Shown: positions 30,625 to 42,161, counted from the stretch's first letter. The stretch: 64,000 bases of DNA from Roseibacillus sp. (GCA_051251855.1 JBPOGI010000001.1:1728001-1792000); one strand, 5' to 3'. Numbers and translations are program-made. The notes: generated by a model not told the origin, from the letters alone.

Positions 30625-30686
30625 TTGAGTGACGCTATCTATTTTCAGCAAGCCTTAAAACCTACACTGTTAGACACCCAACCAAT

Positions 30687-30720
30687 AAAAAACCCCGCCA
30701 GCCGAAGCTCGCGGGGTTTT
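30687..30720 (-). terminator. intrinsic terminator after eno
   Basis: AAAACCCCGC..GCGGGGTTTT hairpin. Confidence 0.8.
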
Positions 30721-30745
30721 GAAAATTATCGGAAGCGTTAGCCCA

Positions 30746-32071
<1,326 letters not shown>

Positions 32072-33913
32072 TTAGTCCTTCTTCCAAGCGGAGATGGACT
32101 TCAAAGTAAAACTCTCGGCTTTTTCGGTCTCGAGGTCTGTCACCTCGACGGAGTCGCCAATCTTTTTGCCGACGAGCGCGCGACCAACATTGGAGAGATA
32201 AGAAACCACGTTGTTCTCGGGTTCACTATCCCAAGCGCCAAGAACAGTGTAAGTCTTTTCGCCTTGTTCGTTTTCAAGAACAACCACGGTGCCGATTGCT
32301 GCCGAAGAAGTATCTACGCCAGAGAAGTCGGTGCCTTGGGCAAGGTCCAATTCTTTCTCCATGTCGGTGCGGCGACGAGCCAAAACTGATTGCATGTCCT
32401 TCGCCGCCTTATACTCAAAGTTCTCACGAAGGTCTCCGTAGGAACGAGCATGGGCAATATCCTTCACGTTCTGTGGAATCTTATTGTTCACCAAGTCGGC
32501 GAACTCTTCCTTACGCTTCTCAAGACTCTTCCAAGAAACGACTATCGCTTCATCTTTCTCTTCTTTCGCCTCGCCGGTCACCAAGTCTTGGGTCTCAGGG
32601 TGAGCTTTGATTACTCGCGCCATAAGGGACTTACGATCGAGTTCAGCAAGAGCTGGGCTTTGTAGAAGCTTACGCGCAAAGTTTCGCGCTTCATTGATAT
32701 CGATATCGGACAGAAGATCTGGAATGAGCTTCTTGTCATCCATGAGAAGGTTCTGCAAACGCGTTCCCTTGCGAGGTCCATCATCCACCGCTCCCGCCTC
32801 AATGACGGAAAGCATCGCAAATCCAACGTCCGTCGAGAAAACATTCTCTGCATTACCGTTACGCTCGCGGCAAATCCACATCAGCGCCTCACCACTCAGA
32901 GTGCGTAGGGAAATCCCCTTCTTGATATGCTTCAGAAGCGGCTCGAACTGGTCTTCAGCCAGGAGAAATTTGGCAATCTCATTCACTCCGCGAGTGCCCA
33001 CTTTTTCAAAGACCCCCATTAGCTTCTGAATCCAATCGTCACCATAAGCGGCTGGAAACGCTTCGTAAATCCGGCGTTGGCGAGCAGCAGCAAGAGAAGT
33101 CACTTGAGCCGCGACGTCCCCGTCAGCTAAGCCAAGAGCATCTGGAATACGAAGCGAACCATCGGCAAGCTCGGCACCGTCGACTGCTGAGAACAACTCG
33201 TCGCGACATGCCAAGAGATCGAGAGACTGGCCGAGATTCAGACGAATCCCCTTTTTCACAGACTCATCGATTTCCTTCGCAAGGCCTTGAATAACTTCAG
33301 GGTCCTCTTGGAGCCCCTTCGTCTCATTCTTCAGCGAGTCCAAGACACCAATCTTAGTCTTCAGGTCTCTCGCTTCACTAAATTCTCCCACCAAAGACTC
33401 CAGTGGGCTCATATTCTCATCACGGAGAACGAGCGGCTCGGTGCGCTTGGACGGGACGACCACACGTCCACCCTCGCGAGCAATCTTCTTCGCCTTATCC
33501 CACCACTTCTTATAATTCTCTTCGGGGACAATCGTTCCGCAAAGCTCTTTATCCACAGCATCGGGCTTTAAGCTACCGCCATGGCTTTGAAGCATCCGGA
33601 CAATCAACTCCGCAGGATTATTCTCAGCCAGATCGCGCAATTCGCCCAACTTGGCAACACGCTCCGCACGGAAGTCATCAACCTCGAGAGTCTCTGTCTT
33701 TTGGATCGCCAACTTCAACCCCATCGTCTGCGGCTCACGGGCCCGCTCGAAGTCGATCGTGACTTTTCCTCCAAACAAGTCCCACTCAGTTACGCGCCCA
33801 GCGCCCCAGCTTTTATGAAGACAAAAACTATCAGGGGCTAACTCAGACAAACGGTTTCCAACGGCTTCGGTAATTCGACCCGCCTCTACGAGTTTCGCGA
33901 CATCAGGATGCAT
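32072..33913 (-). CDS. greA: GreA/GreB family elongation factor with long N-terminal extension
   Basis: C-terminal AR.YGDLRENFEYKAAK, IGTVV, VSYLS.VGRALVGK; ~460-aa extension as in PVC/spirochaete GreA. Confidence 0.85.
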   Translation of the reverse strand: MHPDVAKLVEAGRITEAVGNRLSELAPDSFCLHKSWGAGRVTEWDLFGGKVTIDFERAREPQTMGLKLAIQKTETLEVDDFRAERVAKLGELRDLAENNPAELIVRMLQSHGGSLKPDAVDKELCGTIVPEENYKKWWDKAKKIAREGGRVVVPSKRTEPLVLRDENMSPLESLVGEFSEARDLKTKIGVLDSLKNETKGLQEDPEVIQGLAKEIDESVKKGIRLNLGQSLDLLACRDELFSAVDGAELADGSLRIPDALGLADGDVAAQVTSLAAARQRRIYEAFPAAYGDDWIQKLMGVFEKVGTRGVNEIAKFLLAEDQFEPLLKHIKKGISLRTLSGEALMWICRERNGNAENVFSTDVGFAMLSVIEAGAVDDGPRKGTRLQNLLMDDKKLIPDLLSDIDINEARNFARKLLQSPALAELDRKSLMARVIKAHPETQDLVTGEAKEEKDEAIVVSWKSLEKRKEEFADLVNNKIPQNVKDIAHARSYGDLRENFEYKAAKDMQSVLARRRTDMEKELDLAQGTDFSGVDTSSAAIGTVVVLENEQGEKTYTVLGAWDSEPENNVVSYLSNVGRALVGKKIGDSVEVTDLETEKAESFTLKSISAWKKD

Positions 33914-33987
33914 CAGGCGAACCTTGCGAACACCACGAACAAAAGGCAAAGGTTTTTCGCTTCTTTCTCGGAACTTTTAATCAAAAG

Positions 33988-34749
33988 TCACTTTTTCGAC
34001 GAATCTTGAGGCACTGGAACTCGACGCACCCGCGGTACTCGTGGTTCGTCCTCCTCTCGCTGCTCAGCATTCATGAGAGATTGGAAGAGAGCGTGTAGCT
34101 TTCGTCGTGTTTTATCATCGATGGTCTCCGGCCAAGAATCACTATCTTCTCCCGCCAAAGTTCCGTGATTTACAACATCACCATCCTTAAGAACATGAAA
34201 ATCAAAGCCCCCGATCTTTCGAGAAAGACTGACCGTCACTCCATCCTCAGAAATAAAGCCGGAACGCTTCCCGAGGTCCACCTGACGCACAATCACTCCC
34301 GGAAGAGGTGGCATTAAGACCTCGGCAGCGGCCTCTGCTAACTCCCTACCATTTTCAGGCCTAACCCCCACCGTCACCGGCAGTACCAGATTCTCTCCCG
34401 CCCGCGAAACGGTGAGAGTCCCCTCATTTCCCACTCCCTTAAGCTTTAGCAAAGCAAAGAGCTGCCCTTTATTCGCCACGAACTGATTATCAAACTTCCA
34501 AATCACATCCATGGACTGCAACCCTGCTTCAAATGCGGGAGAAACAGGCTCTACCGATTCAATCAGGAGACCAAACCCAGCGGGAACTTCGTTTAATTGA
34601 GCCGCGGTCGCTTTTTCCAACCACGTCGTTTTAATCCCCAGCCAAGGTCCCCCAGGCTCGGGACAATGACCACGCATCCACTTCTTGGGGCCATCAGCAT
34701 GAGAAGGCACCACTACAAAAAGAATCAAAAGTAAAATAGGGATCCTCAT
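33988..34749 (-). CDS. secreted PDZ-domain protein
   Basis: Signal peptide; PWLGI..GLLIESVEPVSPAFEAGLQSMDVI PDZ; no protease domain. Confidence 0.8.
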   Translation of the reverse strand: MRIPILLLILFVVVPSHADGPKKWMRGHCPEPGGPWLGIKTTWLEKATAAQLNEVPAGFGLLIESVEPVSPAFEAGLQSMDVIWKFDNQFVANKGQLFALLKLKGVGNEGTLTVSRAGENLVLPVTVGVRPENGRELAEAAAEVLMPPLPGVIVRQVDLGKRSGFISEDGVTVSLSRKIGGFDFHVLKDGDVVNHGTLAGEDSDSWPETIDDKTRRKLHALFQSLMNAEQREEDEPRVPRVRRVPVPQDSSKK

Positions 34750-35237
34750 TACAGACTACTAGACGCATACAGTTCAGCCTCGAACTCACGCTGCAAAATC
34801 ACTTCATAACCCGAACCCTCATGAAGGATACGCTCTTCCTCTACCCCAACATAGCTCCACCCACGACTCACATCACCCGCATCATTAATCGCTTGAACCC
34901 CAAGATCCGTACCCCCTTCAATCCAAGTCATCTGCTCAAGAATCTCAATCCCAGGAACTACCTCCAATACTGCGAGCGGCACCATGGCTGGAGCATTTAG
35001 AGCTGGAGGAACCTTCTTGGCTACGAGCGCTCCTCCCAAAGTCGTTATCAGTATCGCAGCGGCAGACTGCCAAACGAAAGGCCTCTTCCAGAAAGAAATC
35101 ACCTTCGAGTCACTCGCCAACTCATCCACCACCGACTCCAAATCTTCACGGGCAGTATCAGTCAACCCACGGGGCATCAGACGCTCCAAACCCGCCTCGA
35201 TATCATCTAAACTCAATGAACCTGCGTCCCTATCCAT
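34749..35237 (-). CDS. putative anti-sigma factor (single TM)
   Basis: Overlaps the ECF gene; IEAGLERLMPRG N-terminus, WQSAAAIL TM. Confidence 0.65.
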   Translation of the reverse strand: MDRDAGSLSLDDIEAGLERLMPRGLTDTAREDLESVVDELASDSKVISFWKRPFVWQSAAAILITTLGGALVAKKVPPALNAPAMVPLAVLEVVPGIEILEQMTWIEGGTDLGVQAINDAGDVSRGWSYVGVEEERILHEGSGYEVILQREFEAELYASSSL

Positions 35238-35763
35238 TGCGAACCTCCTTCAAGTGCCCGAGTTCCCGTTGCAAAAGCTCCAGCGCATAACGGTAGCGCG
35301 AGGCCGCTGTATTATGAGAAATCTTCAAAATCCCCCCAATTTCAGCAAAAGTGAGGCCTGACCAAATCTTCAACGTAATGACCTCTCGAAGCTTTTCACT
35401 TAAGCTTTCCACTGCCTGCCTCAGCATCAGCGCATCCTCATCATCCTCTAAAGTCGGGTCCAACCAGTGTTCGTCGTAATCGTGAAATTGAATCACCTTC
35501 TCATCGCGCTTCTTAATACGGCCCTTCTTACGACCAGCATCCATCGCCACGAAGCGAACCACCGAAAAAGCGAGGGGCACATCCGGCGGCCGATATCCCC
35601 GCTCCTCCTGATAACCCCACAACCGAATCAACGAATCTTGCAGCACATCCTGAGCTTCTTCGAGAGAGCCCGTTCGCTGCCGCGCATACATCAGCAGGCG
35701 ACCGCCCTCGGCCGCCAACCAGTCTTTCCACCGGTCTGCTAAATTTTGCTGCTCACGTTTCAT
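35230..35763 (-). CDS. ECF sigma-70 factor
   Basis: EAQDVLQDSLIRLW; REVITLKIWSGLTFAEIG..L.IS.NTAASRYRYAL. Confidence 0.92.
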   Translation of the reverse strand: MKREQQNLADRWKDWLAAEGGRLLMYARQRTGSLEEAQDVLQDSLIRLWGYQEERGYRPPDVPLAFSVVRFVAMDAGRKKGRIKKRDEKVIQFHDYDEHWLDPTLEDDEDALMLRQAVESLSEKLREVITLKIWSGLTFAEIGGILKISHNTAASRYRYALELLQRELGHLKEVRNG

Positions 35764-35929
35764 CCTTCTTCTAAGGTAACAAATGCCACAAAAGTCAGCT
35801 TATGTCTGTCTTTTCAGAAAAAATTATCGCGCTTTCCAAAGACAGGAATGTCGAATCCGGAAACACACTCCCCGTTCTTGCTCAAACTCTCGGTCAATCT
35901 GAAGCGGCCAAATTCGCCACAATACGAAC

Positions 35930-37804
35930 TTACTCTACCGGCAGCGCCTTCAGAATCTTCTTTGGCTCAATCTTAGACAAATCCACATTCAGCCACTTCT
36001 GCTTTCCCTCGTTCTCTTGGGCCGAATTGTCCTCTTCCTTTTGCAAGAGAACATCTTTCGTCACTGCCAACCCAACTTCACCATTCTTCTCAATCGTGTT
36101 GGAAGTCACCGACAATGTTGTGCCTTCATCCTGAGCAAAAATTCCTCCTAAGATATTACCGGAGACTAAGTTCCCATTTACCAGAGCCGTCACCCCCGAA
36201 GAAGCCACGAGCCCGACCTCACGATTCCGCTCAATACTGGAACTCTCGACCCGGCACTCTTGACCCTTCGAAGTCAGCAGAATCCCAGTCAAACCATTGT
36301 CCTGAAAACGCGAACGCTGCACCCAAACCTTACCACCGTCCCAGACATCCAACCCATGATGTAAATTAGCAATCGAACGCGACTCTTGCAGAATTGCCTC
36401 GCTCCCAGCGCCCACGACAGCAACGCCGTCCCAACCACAGCCCTTGACCTCGGTCCCGGTAATTTCACAGCGAGCGCCTTCAATCACGGCAATTCCATGC
36501 CCTGCCCCATAGCCAATCTCGCAATCTTCAAAAACAGCCTGCGCTCCTGTCACCAAGACCACGGGATAACGTGTCTCAGTATTAGAAACTCCCGAATGCC
36601 GAACCGTGAGACCCACCAATCGCGCGGGAGCGCCTTCCCCTTCAACAACCAAGACACTGCCTTGGTCCGCGCCTCCCTCGACAATTGTCTTGCCCTTGAC
36701 CCCTTGAAGAATGACCCCAGCAGGTATCAGGACTCCTCCAGCAAAGGTTCCTTCTCCCAAAGACACCTTATCTCCCGATCTAACCAACCCCAACGCCTCC
36801 GCAATAGTCTCCGCATCTTCAGGGACCGAAATCGTCTGCACATAGCTGGACATCTTTGCCAGCAAAGCGGAAGCCTTTTCCGAAGGAGCCATCCGTTGTG
36901 CTTCTCGTAAAAGCTGCAGCGCCTCCAAAGAATACTCCCCTGTGTCTAAAGCCAAAGCCTGCTCGTAAATCCCATCTGCTTTCTCGCGAAAGCCAGCCAA
37001 CACCAGCTTTGCCTCTTCAGCCTCTTTACGAAACTCAGACAACCGCTCATTCTCAGGATCGGCCTCAGCCAATTCAGCGGTCTTATCAACAAGGATCTGC
37101 CACTGCTCTTCGCGACGTGCCTGGTCAATTTCTTCTCCTAAACGAACGATATTATCGACTTCCCGAGCTTCTTTCATTCGCTCTTTGAAGGCCTTCACCT
37201 GATCATCGTTAGGAGCCAATCTGATGGCCGCCTCCATCTTAGCCTCAGCTTCATCCCACTTGCGAATATCCATCAGCCCCTGCACATCGGCCAATGCAAA
37301 GCGCACTTGCATACGTCTCTCGATCTCACGCCCATTGCTCACCCGCTCCATCCCCGCCAAAGCCTTCTTAGACTTGGGGTCGATTGCCAGGATCTCCTGA
37401 TAGACACTCTCTGCCTCGGTCCAGTTAAGTCCATCCTCTGCAACCAAGGCCTCAGGAAGACGCGCTTCCACCACCTTCAAAGCCGCTTGATTCTTTGCCA
37501 GATTAGGCCCCCAGATCACTGCCGCTGCAATCAAAGCCAAAATCACGAAAAGAGAGACTAACCCGGCCGCGACCTTTTTTTTCTTGGGGGCATGATGCTC
37601 CGCCACCTGAATCGCCTCTTCAAACCGAGCCAATTCGAGCTCGTAGTTGACCCGCTTCTCTGGCGTATCCGCCTCGTCGCGCAATCGCTGCATGTGCTTG
37701 CGAACCTCATCAAAGGCTCGCTCGTAATTATCTACGGTTTCTCCGCGCTTGAGACCAAGCACCTTAACCGCTTCCTCGTAGGACATGCCGCTTTCTGATT
37801 TCAT
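35930..37804 (-). CDS. membrane-anchored TPR and right-handed beta-helix protein
   Basis: J-like N-terminus, TM, TPR-like helices, VP....TIAEAL..GD.V.LGEG and repeated N..GI beta-helix turns. Confidence 0.75.
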   Translation of the reverse strand: MKSESGMSYEEAVKVLGLKRGETVDNYERAFDEVRKHMQRLRDEADTPEKRVNYELELARFEEAIQVAEHHAPKKKKVAAGLVSLFVILALIAAAVIWGPNLAKNQAALKVVEARLPEALVAEDGLNWTEAESVYQEILAIDPKSKKALAGMERVSNGREIERRMQVRFALADVQGLMDIRKWDEAEAKMEAAIRLAPNDDQVKAFKERMKEAREVDNIVRLGEEIDQARREEQWQILVDKTAELAEADPENERLSEFRKEAEEAKLVLAGFREKADGIYEQALALDTGEYSLEALQLLREAQRMAPSEKASALLAKMSSYVQTISVPEDAETIAEALGLVRSGDKVSLGEGTFAGGVLIPAGVILQGVKGKTIVEGGADQGSVLVVEGEGAPARLVGLTVRHSGVSNTETRYPVVLVTGAQAVFEDCEIGYGAGHGIAVIEGARCEITGTEVKGCGWDGVAVVGAGSEAILQESRSIANLHHGLDVWDGGKVWVQRSRFQDNGLTGILLTSKGQECRVESSSIERNREVGLVASSGVTALVNGNLVSGNILGGIFAQDEGTTLSVTSNTIEKNGEVGLAVTKDVLLQKEEDNSAQENEGKQKWLNVDLSKIEPKKILKALPVE

Positions 37805-37816
37805 GTAAGGGGGGGA

Positions 37817-39454
37817 CTAGCCTTGGAAGTTTTGCACGATTGGCATGCGCCTCCCAACGCCGAAAGCCTTTGACGTTACTCGCAGACCCGGAGCCGCTTG
37901 ATGCCTTTTCCATTCGTTGAGGTCAACTCTCCTTTGCACCCATCTTACAATTGATTCTTGATAATCATGGCATTCAATAATGTCCGAAGCACTCATCTGC
38001 TGCTCGACGTAGAGTTCTAAAATTCCATCCAACTCCTCATACGGCGGCAAAGAATCCTGATCCTTCTGGTCAGGAGCAAGCTCTGCACTGGGCGGTTTTT
38101 CAATCGTATCCCACGGAATCACCTCACGCTCGCGATTCATCCATCGCGCCAGTTCATAGACTCGCGTCTTGGGCAGGTCCGATATCGCCGCCAACCCTCC
38201 ACACATATCGCCATACATCGTGCAATAACCCACCGCCAACTCACTCTTGTTTCCTGTCGTCAAAAGGATGGCGCCCGTCTTATTCGACAGCGACATCAGA
38301 AACAGCCCTCGAATCCGCGCCTGCATATTCTCCTCGGTGACATCCTCTTTCGCTCCCTCAAAAGGTCCTGCCATCGCCGTCTTCACCGTCTTAAAAACCT
38401 CTCCAATCGGCACCTCCTCACAGCGCATCCCCAAGTTCTGCGCCAACTTCACCGAATCCCCGATACTCCCTTCTGAACTAAACCGGCTCGGCATCGTGAG
38501 CCCCCTCACATTTTCCGCCCCCAACGCCTCTGCAGCCAAAGCCGCCGTCACCGCCGAATCAATGCCTCCACTCAATCCCAGACAGGCCTCCCGAAAGCCG
38601 CACTTCGTCGCATAATCACGCAATCCCAACACCAAGGCTTCATAAAGCTGTGCATTCTCATCCAACTCCGGCCACATCACCCCTTCATTTTCACCACCCA
38701 CATCAACAACCTCCACCTCCTCGCGGAATCCCGCCAAGCTCGCCAAGACCTCTCCCTGTCCGTCCACCACCGCCGAATGACCATCAAAAATCAACTGATC
38801 CTGCCCCCCCACCGCATTGCAATAAACTAGCGGAACGCCCGCCTCCTTCGCCACCGAAGCAAATAAATCTCGCCGCGCCACCGGCTTATTCAGCGCAAAG
38901 GGAGAAGCACTCAAGTTCACAATCACCTCCGCGCCCTTCTCTTTAAGCTCCCTCACCGGCTCCCGCTCATAGAGAGGCCGATAGAGAAAATCCTCCGTCC
39001 AAATATCTTCACAAATGGTCACTCCCACCTTCTGCCCCTTAAACTCGATCACCTGACACTCCTCGTTGGGCTCAAAGTAGCGCCACTCATCGAAAACATC
39101 GTAAGTCGGCAAGAGCGTCTTATAGATCCGCTCCCGAATCTCTCCCCCTTCCAACCAAGCCACCGCATTGCGAAAAGCCCGCCCCGGACGTTTGGCCGAA
39201 CGGTCCACATACCCCACTAACAAAGGCACTTCGCCCACTTCCCCTTTCAAGTAATCGAGCGCCTGCAAACAACGCGGCACGAACTGACTCTTAAAAACCA
39301 AATCACGTGGCGGATAGCCCACCAAAGACAACTCTGGAGTCACCACCAGCTCAGCGCCCTTCTCCAACGCCTCTCGGTACCCCGCAAGAATCCGCTTCGC
39401 ATTCCCCGGGAAATCCCCCACCACCGCATTGATTTGAACTAGAGCAATCTTCAT
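37817..39454 (-). CDS. nadE: glutamine-dependent NAD+ synthetase
   Basis: Nitrilase domain (PEL, K.LLPTYDVFDE, ICEDIW); GLSGGIDS, ENMQARIRG, TGNKSE, PSAEL. Confidence 0.96.
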   Translation of the reverse strand: MKIALVQINAVVGDFPGNAKRILAGYREALEKGAELVVTPELSLVGYPPRDLVFKSQFVPRCLQALDYLKGEVGEVPLLVGYVDRSAKRPGRAFRNAVAWLEGGEIRERIYKTLLPTYDVFDEWRYFEPNEECQVIEFKGQKVGVTICEDIWTEDFLYRPLYEREPVRELKEKGAEVIVNLSASPFALNKPVARRDLFASVAKEAGVPLVYCNAVGGQDQLIFDGHSAVVDGQGEVLASLAGFREEVEVVDVGGENEGVMWPELDENAQLYEALVLGLRDYATKCGFREACLGLSGGIDSAVTAALAAEALGAENVRGLTMPSRFSSEGSIGDSVKLAQNLGMRCEEVPIGEVFKTVKTAMAGPFEGAKEDVTEENMQARIRGLFLMSLSNKTGAILLTTGNKSELAVGYCTMYGDMCGGLAAISDLPKTRVYELARWMNREREVIPWDTIEKPPSAELAPDQKDQDSLPPYEELDGILELYVEQQMSASDIIECHDYQESIVRWVQRRVDLNEWKRHQAAPGLRVTSKAFGVGRRMPIVQNFQG

Positions 39455-39569
39455 ACTATCGGGCTCCGCAAGCCTTGCTCAAAAGCACTAGCTTTGCAAG
39501 CCGCCACCAGTGCCACTTGCCACTTATCCTTTTCAAAAAAACACCAGACAGCCTCCGATCAAAATCGGC

Positions 39570-39899
39570 TTACTCGTTTTCCAACCTCACCGCCGTTCCG
39601 TAGCAGGAAGCGAGACAAAACCCTTCCAGAATTTCGAAGTCGACTTGAGTCCCCACAACCGCGTCCGCCCCTCGCTCCTGAGCTCTCTGCAACAGATCCT
39701 TCATCGCGGCCTCCTGAGTCTCTGCCACCAGGCTGGAGTAGTTGCCAAACTCTCTCCTCTCCATCGCCAACTGGAAGCCCCCTCTCACTCCCAAATTCTT
39801 GGCCGAAAACCCACTCACAACCCCCAAATACTGAACCACCTTTCTATCTTCGAAGGAATCCGTAGTAGTCATCATCGCAGGCAAAGGAGGAGGCTTCAT
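39570..39899 (-). CDS. YbjQ/UPF0145 family protein
   Basis: TTT....V.QYLGVVSG; A.ERGADAVVG..VD; GTAVRL. Confidence 0.85.
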   Translation of the reverse strand: MKPPPLPAMMTTTDSFEDRKVVQYLGVVSGFSAKNLGVRGGFQLAMERREFGNYSSLVAETQEAAMKDLLQRAQERGADAVVGTQVDFEILEGFCLASCYGTAVRLENE

Positions 39900-40005
39900 A
39901 AGGCCACCACCATGCAAACTCCTCCACCTGACCTCCATTCCAAAATCGAAGCGAATTTCCAGTTCAAAAACTGCTCCAACCACCTTCTACCAATCAATTG
40001 AAAGC

Positions 40006-40185
40006 CTGGCCCGGATTTCTCACGGAACATGAGAAATTCGCCCGCAGGGCCGACTGTGTCGGGGCTAGCCCCGATAGGCACTGAGACAGGCTGTCTAACA
40101 AGTCATTAGGTTTCACCTCTCTCAGTGCCGTATCGGTCTGGCTTTCAGCCAGATGCATTTCTCACTCGTGAGAAATGCAGGCTAG
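40006..40185. mobile_element. MITE-like 180-bp palindromic element
   Basis: Imperfect 19-bp terminal inverted repeats CTGGCCCGGATTTCTCACG / CGTGAGAAATGCAGGCTAG; five internal hairpins; no ORF. Confidence 0.6.
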
Positions 40186-40256
40186 AAAACTCCGAGCTTC
40201 ACTTCGTTCACCCTTGCCGCCTTCCCTTTTTTAAACTCAGTTAGGGAGGTCTCACA

Positions 40257-41009
40257 ATGAAAGTATCTAGCTCAAAACCTACCGCTCTCCTCGCTATCGC
40301 GCTGCTGATTCCCTTGCTCTCTTCCTGCTCCACCTCTTCGAGCAATGGAGTCAGTGCTGAAAACATCGAATCCCTCGCTATCTCCACTCCCGTTATCGAA
40401 GCGGAGTCCTACACCATTCCCGCCCAAGTCTACATTCCGCCTCAGACCCAAAGCAGCAGCGTCCCCTTCACCCCGACCGGAGGCAGTTTCGCACAAGGAT
40501 TCGTCGCCGGCGCCCTTGGCCAACTTCTCCGTGAAAGCATGAACCAATCCGATGGCACTAATCCTGTCGTGCAAGACTTTGAACAATGGAAAGTAGACGC
40601 TCAAAAAAACCTTCCTCCCACGTTCCAAAACCAACTCCAGAAAAGCCTCACCCGACAGCTCTCATCCCAGCCCGGCTTAGCAGGAAAAATCACCGCAGAA
40701 TCCCCCAATATCATCTCCCTCAAAGTCATCGAATACGGCTACAAGAAAACGGGACGAAAAGAGCGCGCCATCCTCATGACCCCCTACGTCGTCGCCGAAC
40801 TCTCCCTCACCAGCGAAGGCAAATCTCTCATCAAAAACCGTAAAATCAGCGCCCAAACCTTCGCCTCCAAGCTCATCGACACCCGCAAAGAAGGCTACGA
40901 ACTTTCCACCTACGCCGCCAGCCAACCCTCAGCTCAAGCGCACCTAAACACCGCCCTCAACAAGCTCGCCGAAAAAGCAAAAGACAAAGTTCTCAAAAAG
41001 CTCCAATAG
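40257..41009 (+). CDS. hypothetical lipoprotein
   Basis: LSSC lipobox; AGGGAGG RBS upstream. Confidence 0.75.
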   Translation: MKVSSSKPTALLAIALLIPLLSSCSTSSSNGVSAENIESLAISTPVIEAESYTIPAQVYIPPQTQSSSVPFTPTGGSFAQGFVAGALGQLLRESMNQSDGTNPVVQDFEQWKVDAQKNLPPTFQNQLQKSLTRQLSSQPGLAGKITAESPNIISLKVIEYGYKKTGRKERAILMTPYVVAELSLTSEGKSLIKNRKISAQTFASKLIDTRKEGYELSTYAASQPSAQAHLNTALNKLAEKAKDKVLKKLQ

Positions 41010-41188
41010 CCTCACCACAACCCCAGCTTTCCAATCTCACAAAAATCCCTCTACCCGAACCATCATCACCGCAACCTCAGGCAAAGATCGATAGCTGGAT
41101 TTTTGCCGAATTCAGAGACAGGGAACCCCGCCTTTCTCGTGGTTGGCAGGCAAGAATTTCCTCTTCATAGTCTCGAGTTAGAAAGCTG

Positions 41189-42067
41189 ATGAAACTCCTT
41201 CTTTTTTTCACGCTCACGCTAGGCGGTTTTCTCCACTCTGAGGCTCAAGACAAAGTCCTCGAAAACTACGATCCCATTCTCAACGAAATCGAGAACTTTG
41301 ATCCCGCCGACTTAAAAACGATGATGGAGATGGACCCGCCTCACGCCTCCCTATTTTTCTTGAGGCTTACATTTGACTACAACCTGAGACTCCCAGAAGC
41401 AGCTCCCTATCGCGAAGCTCTCGGACAAGAACTATTCAAGCACCCTCAGCTTGAAGATTACTTCATTAAACGCTTCAAAGAAACACCCCGGCACTACGAC
41501 ACAGCAGAAAAAATCAAATGGGTCTGGGGACCGTTGACTCTCATGCGGTATTCTTGGGCCGTCCGTCTCTTGGGCGAAGAGGTGATGGACGACACGCTAA
41601 TGACTCAGCCGGGAGCTACCGAAGCTGAAATTGATATGGCAATCCTCAATAGGAAATGGACTCTCGGGGAAAATAGTTTTCAGACTAAATCAATCTATGC
41701 TCTTGCACATCTTCACCTTCCCAATGCGCCTTTCGACGAAACGAGTCCAAAAATCCGCAGAATCCGCCCGAACGTCGTCGAAGAATGGAAGACATGGTAT
41801 GTGAAGCATGGAGCAGAAGTCATTGCCCAGTTGGAGGCCGAAGAAGCCGAACGAGCAGAACTCGAAGCTCAAGCGATCGCGGTAACCGAAGCTAAACGCC
41901 ACCTGAACCTTCCCCGTAGTCCACCGGTAACCATTTTCAGCTCGACTCAAGAGGAGGAAACAAAAGCCACGTCCCCTCAGAGCGCGTTGCTTGCGGCAAT
42001 CATACTCCTAGCCATCTCATTAATCGTTTATTTAACACTCCGCCTTCGTCGCTCAAAGACCCCATAA
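41189..42067 (+). CDS. hypothetical exported protein with C-terminal TM anchor
   Basis: Signal peptide; C-terminal hydrophobic helix followed by RLRRSK. Confidence 0.7.
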   Translation: MKLLLFFTLTLGGFLHSEAQDKVLENYDPILNEIENFDPADLKTMMEMDPPHASLFFLRLTFDYNLRLPEAAPYREALGQELFKHPQLEDYFIKRFKETPRHYDTAEKIKWVWGPLTLMRYSWAVRLLGEEVMDDTLMTQPGATEAEIDMAILNRKWTLGENSFQTKSIYALAHLHLPNAPFDETSPKIRRIRPNVVEEWKTWYVKHGAEVIAQLEAEEAERAELEAQAIAVTEAKRHLNLPRSPPVTIFSSTQEEETKATSPQSALLAAIILLAISLIVYLTLRLRRSKTP

Positions 42068-42084
42068 ATCGTCCTATTTCGGCA

Positions 42085-42133
42085 AAAAATCTCTGCGTCC
42101 CCCTCCGCGTCCTCTGCGGCTCTGCGTCGAAAA
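42085..42133. repeat. CTCTGCG-type short repeat remnant
   Basis: aaaaatctctgcgtccccctccgcgtcctctgcggctctgcgtcgaaa resembles copies at ~51645-51693 and ~53749-53793. Confidence 0.6.
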
Positions 42134-42161
42134 GCGAATCAACTCCCCCCCCCAAGAAGCC

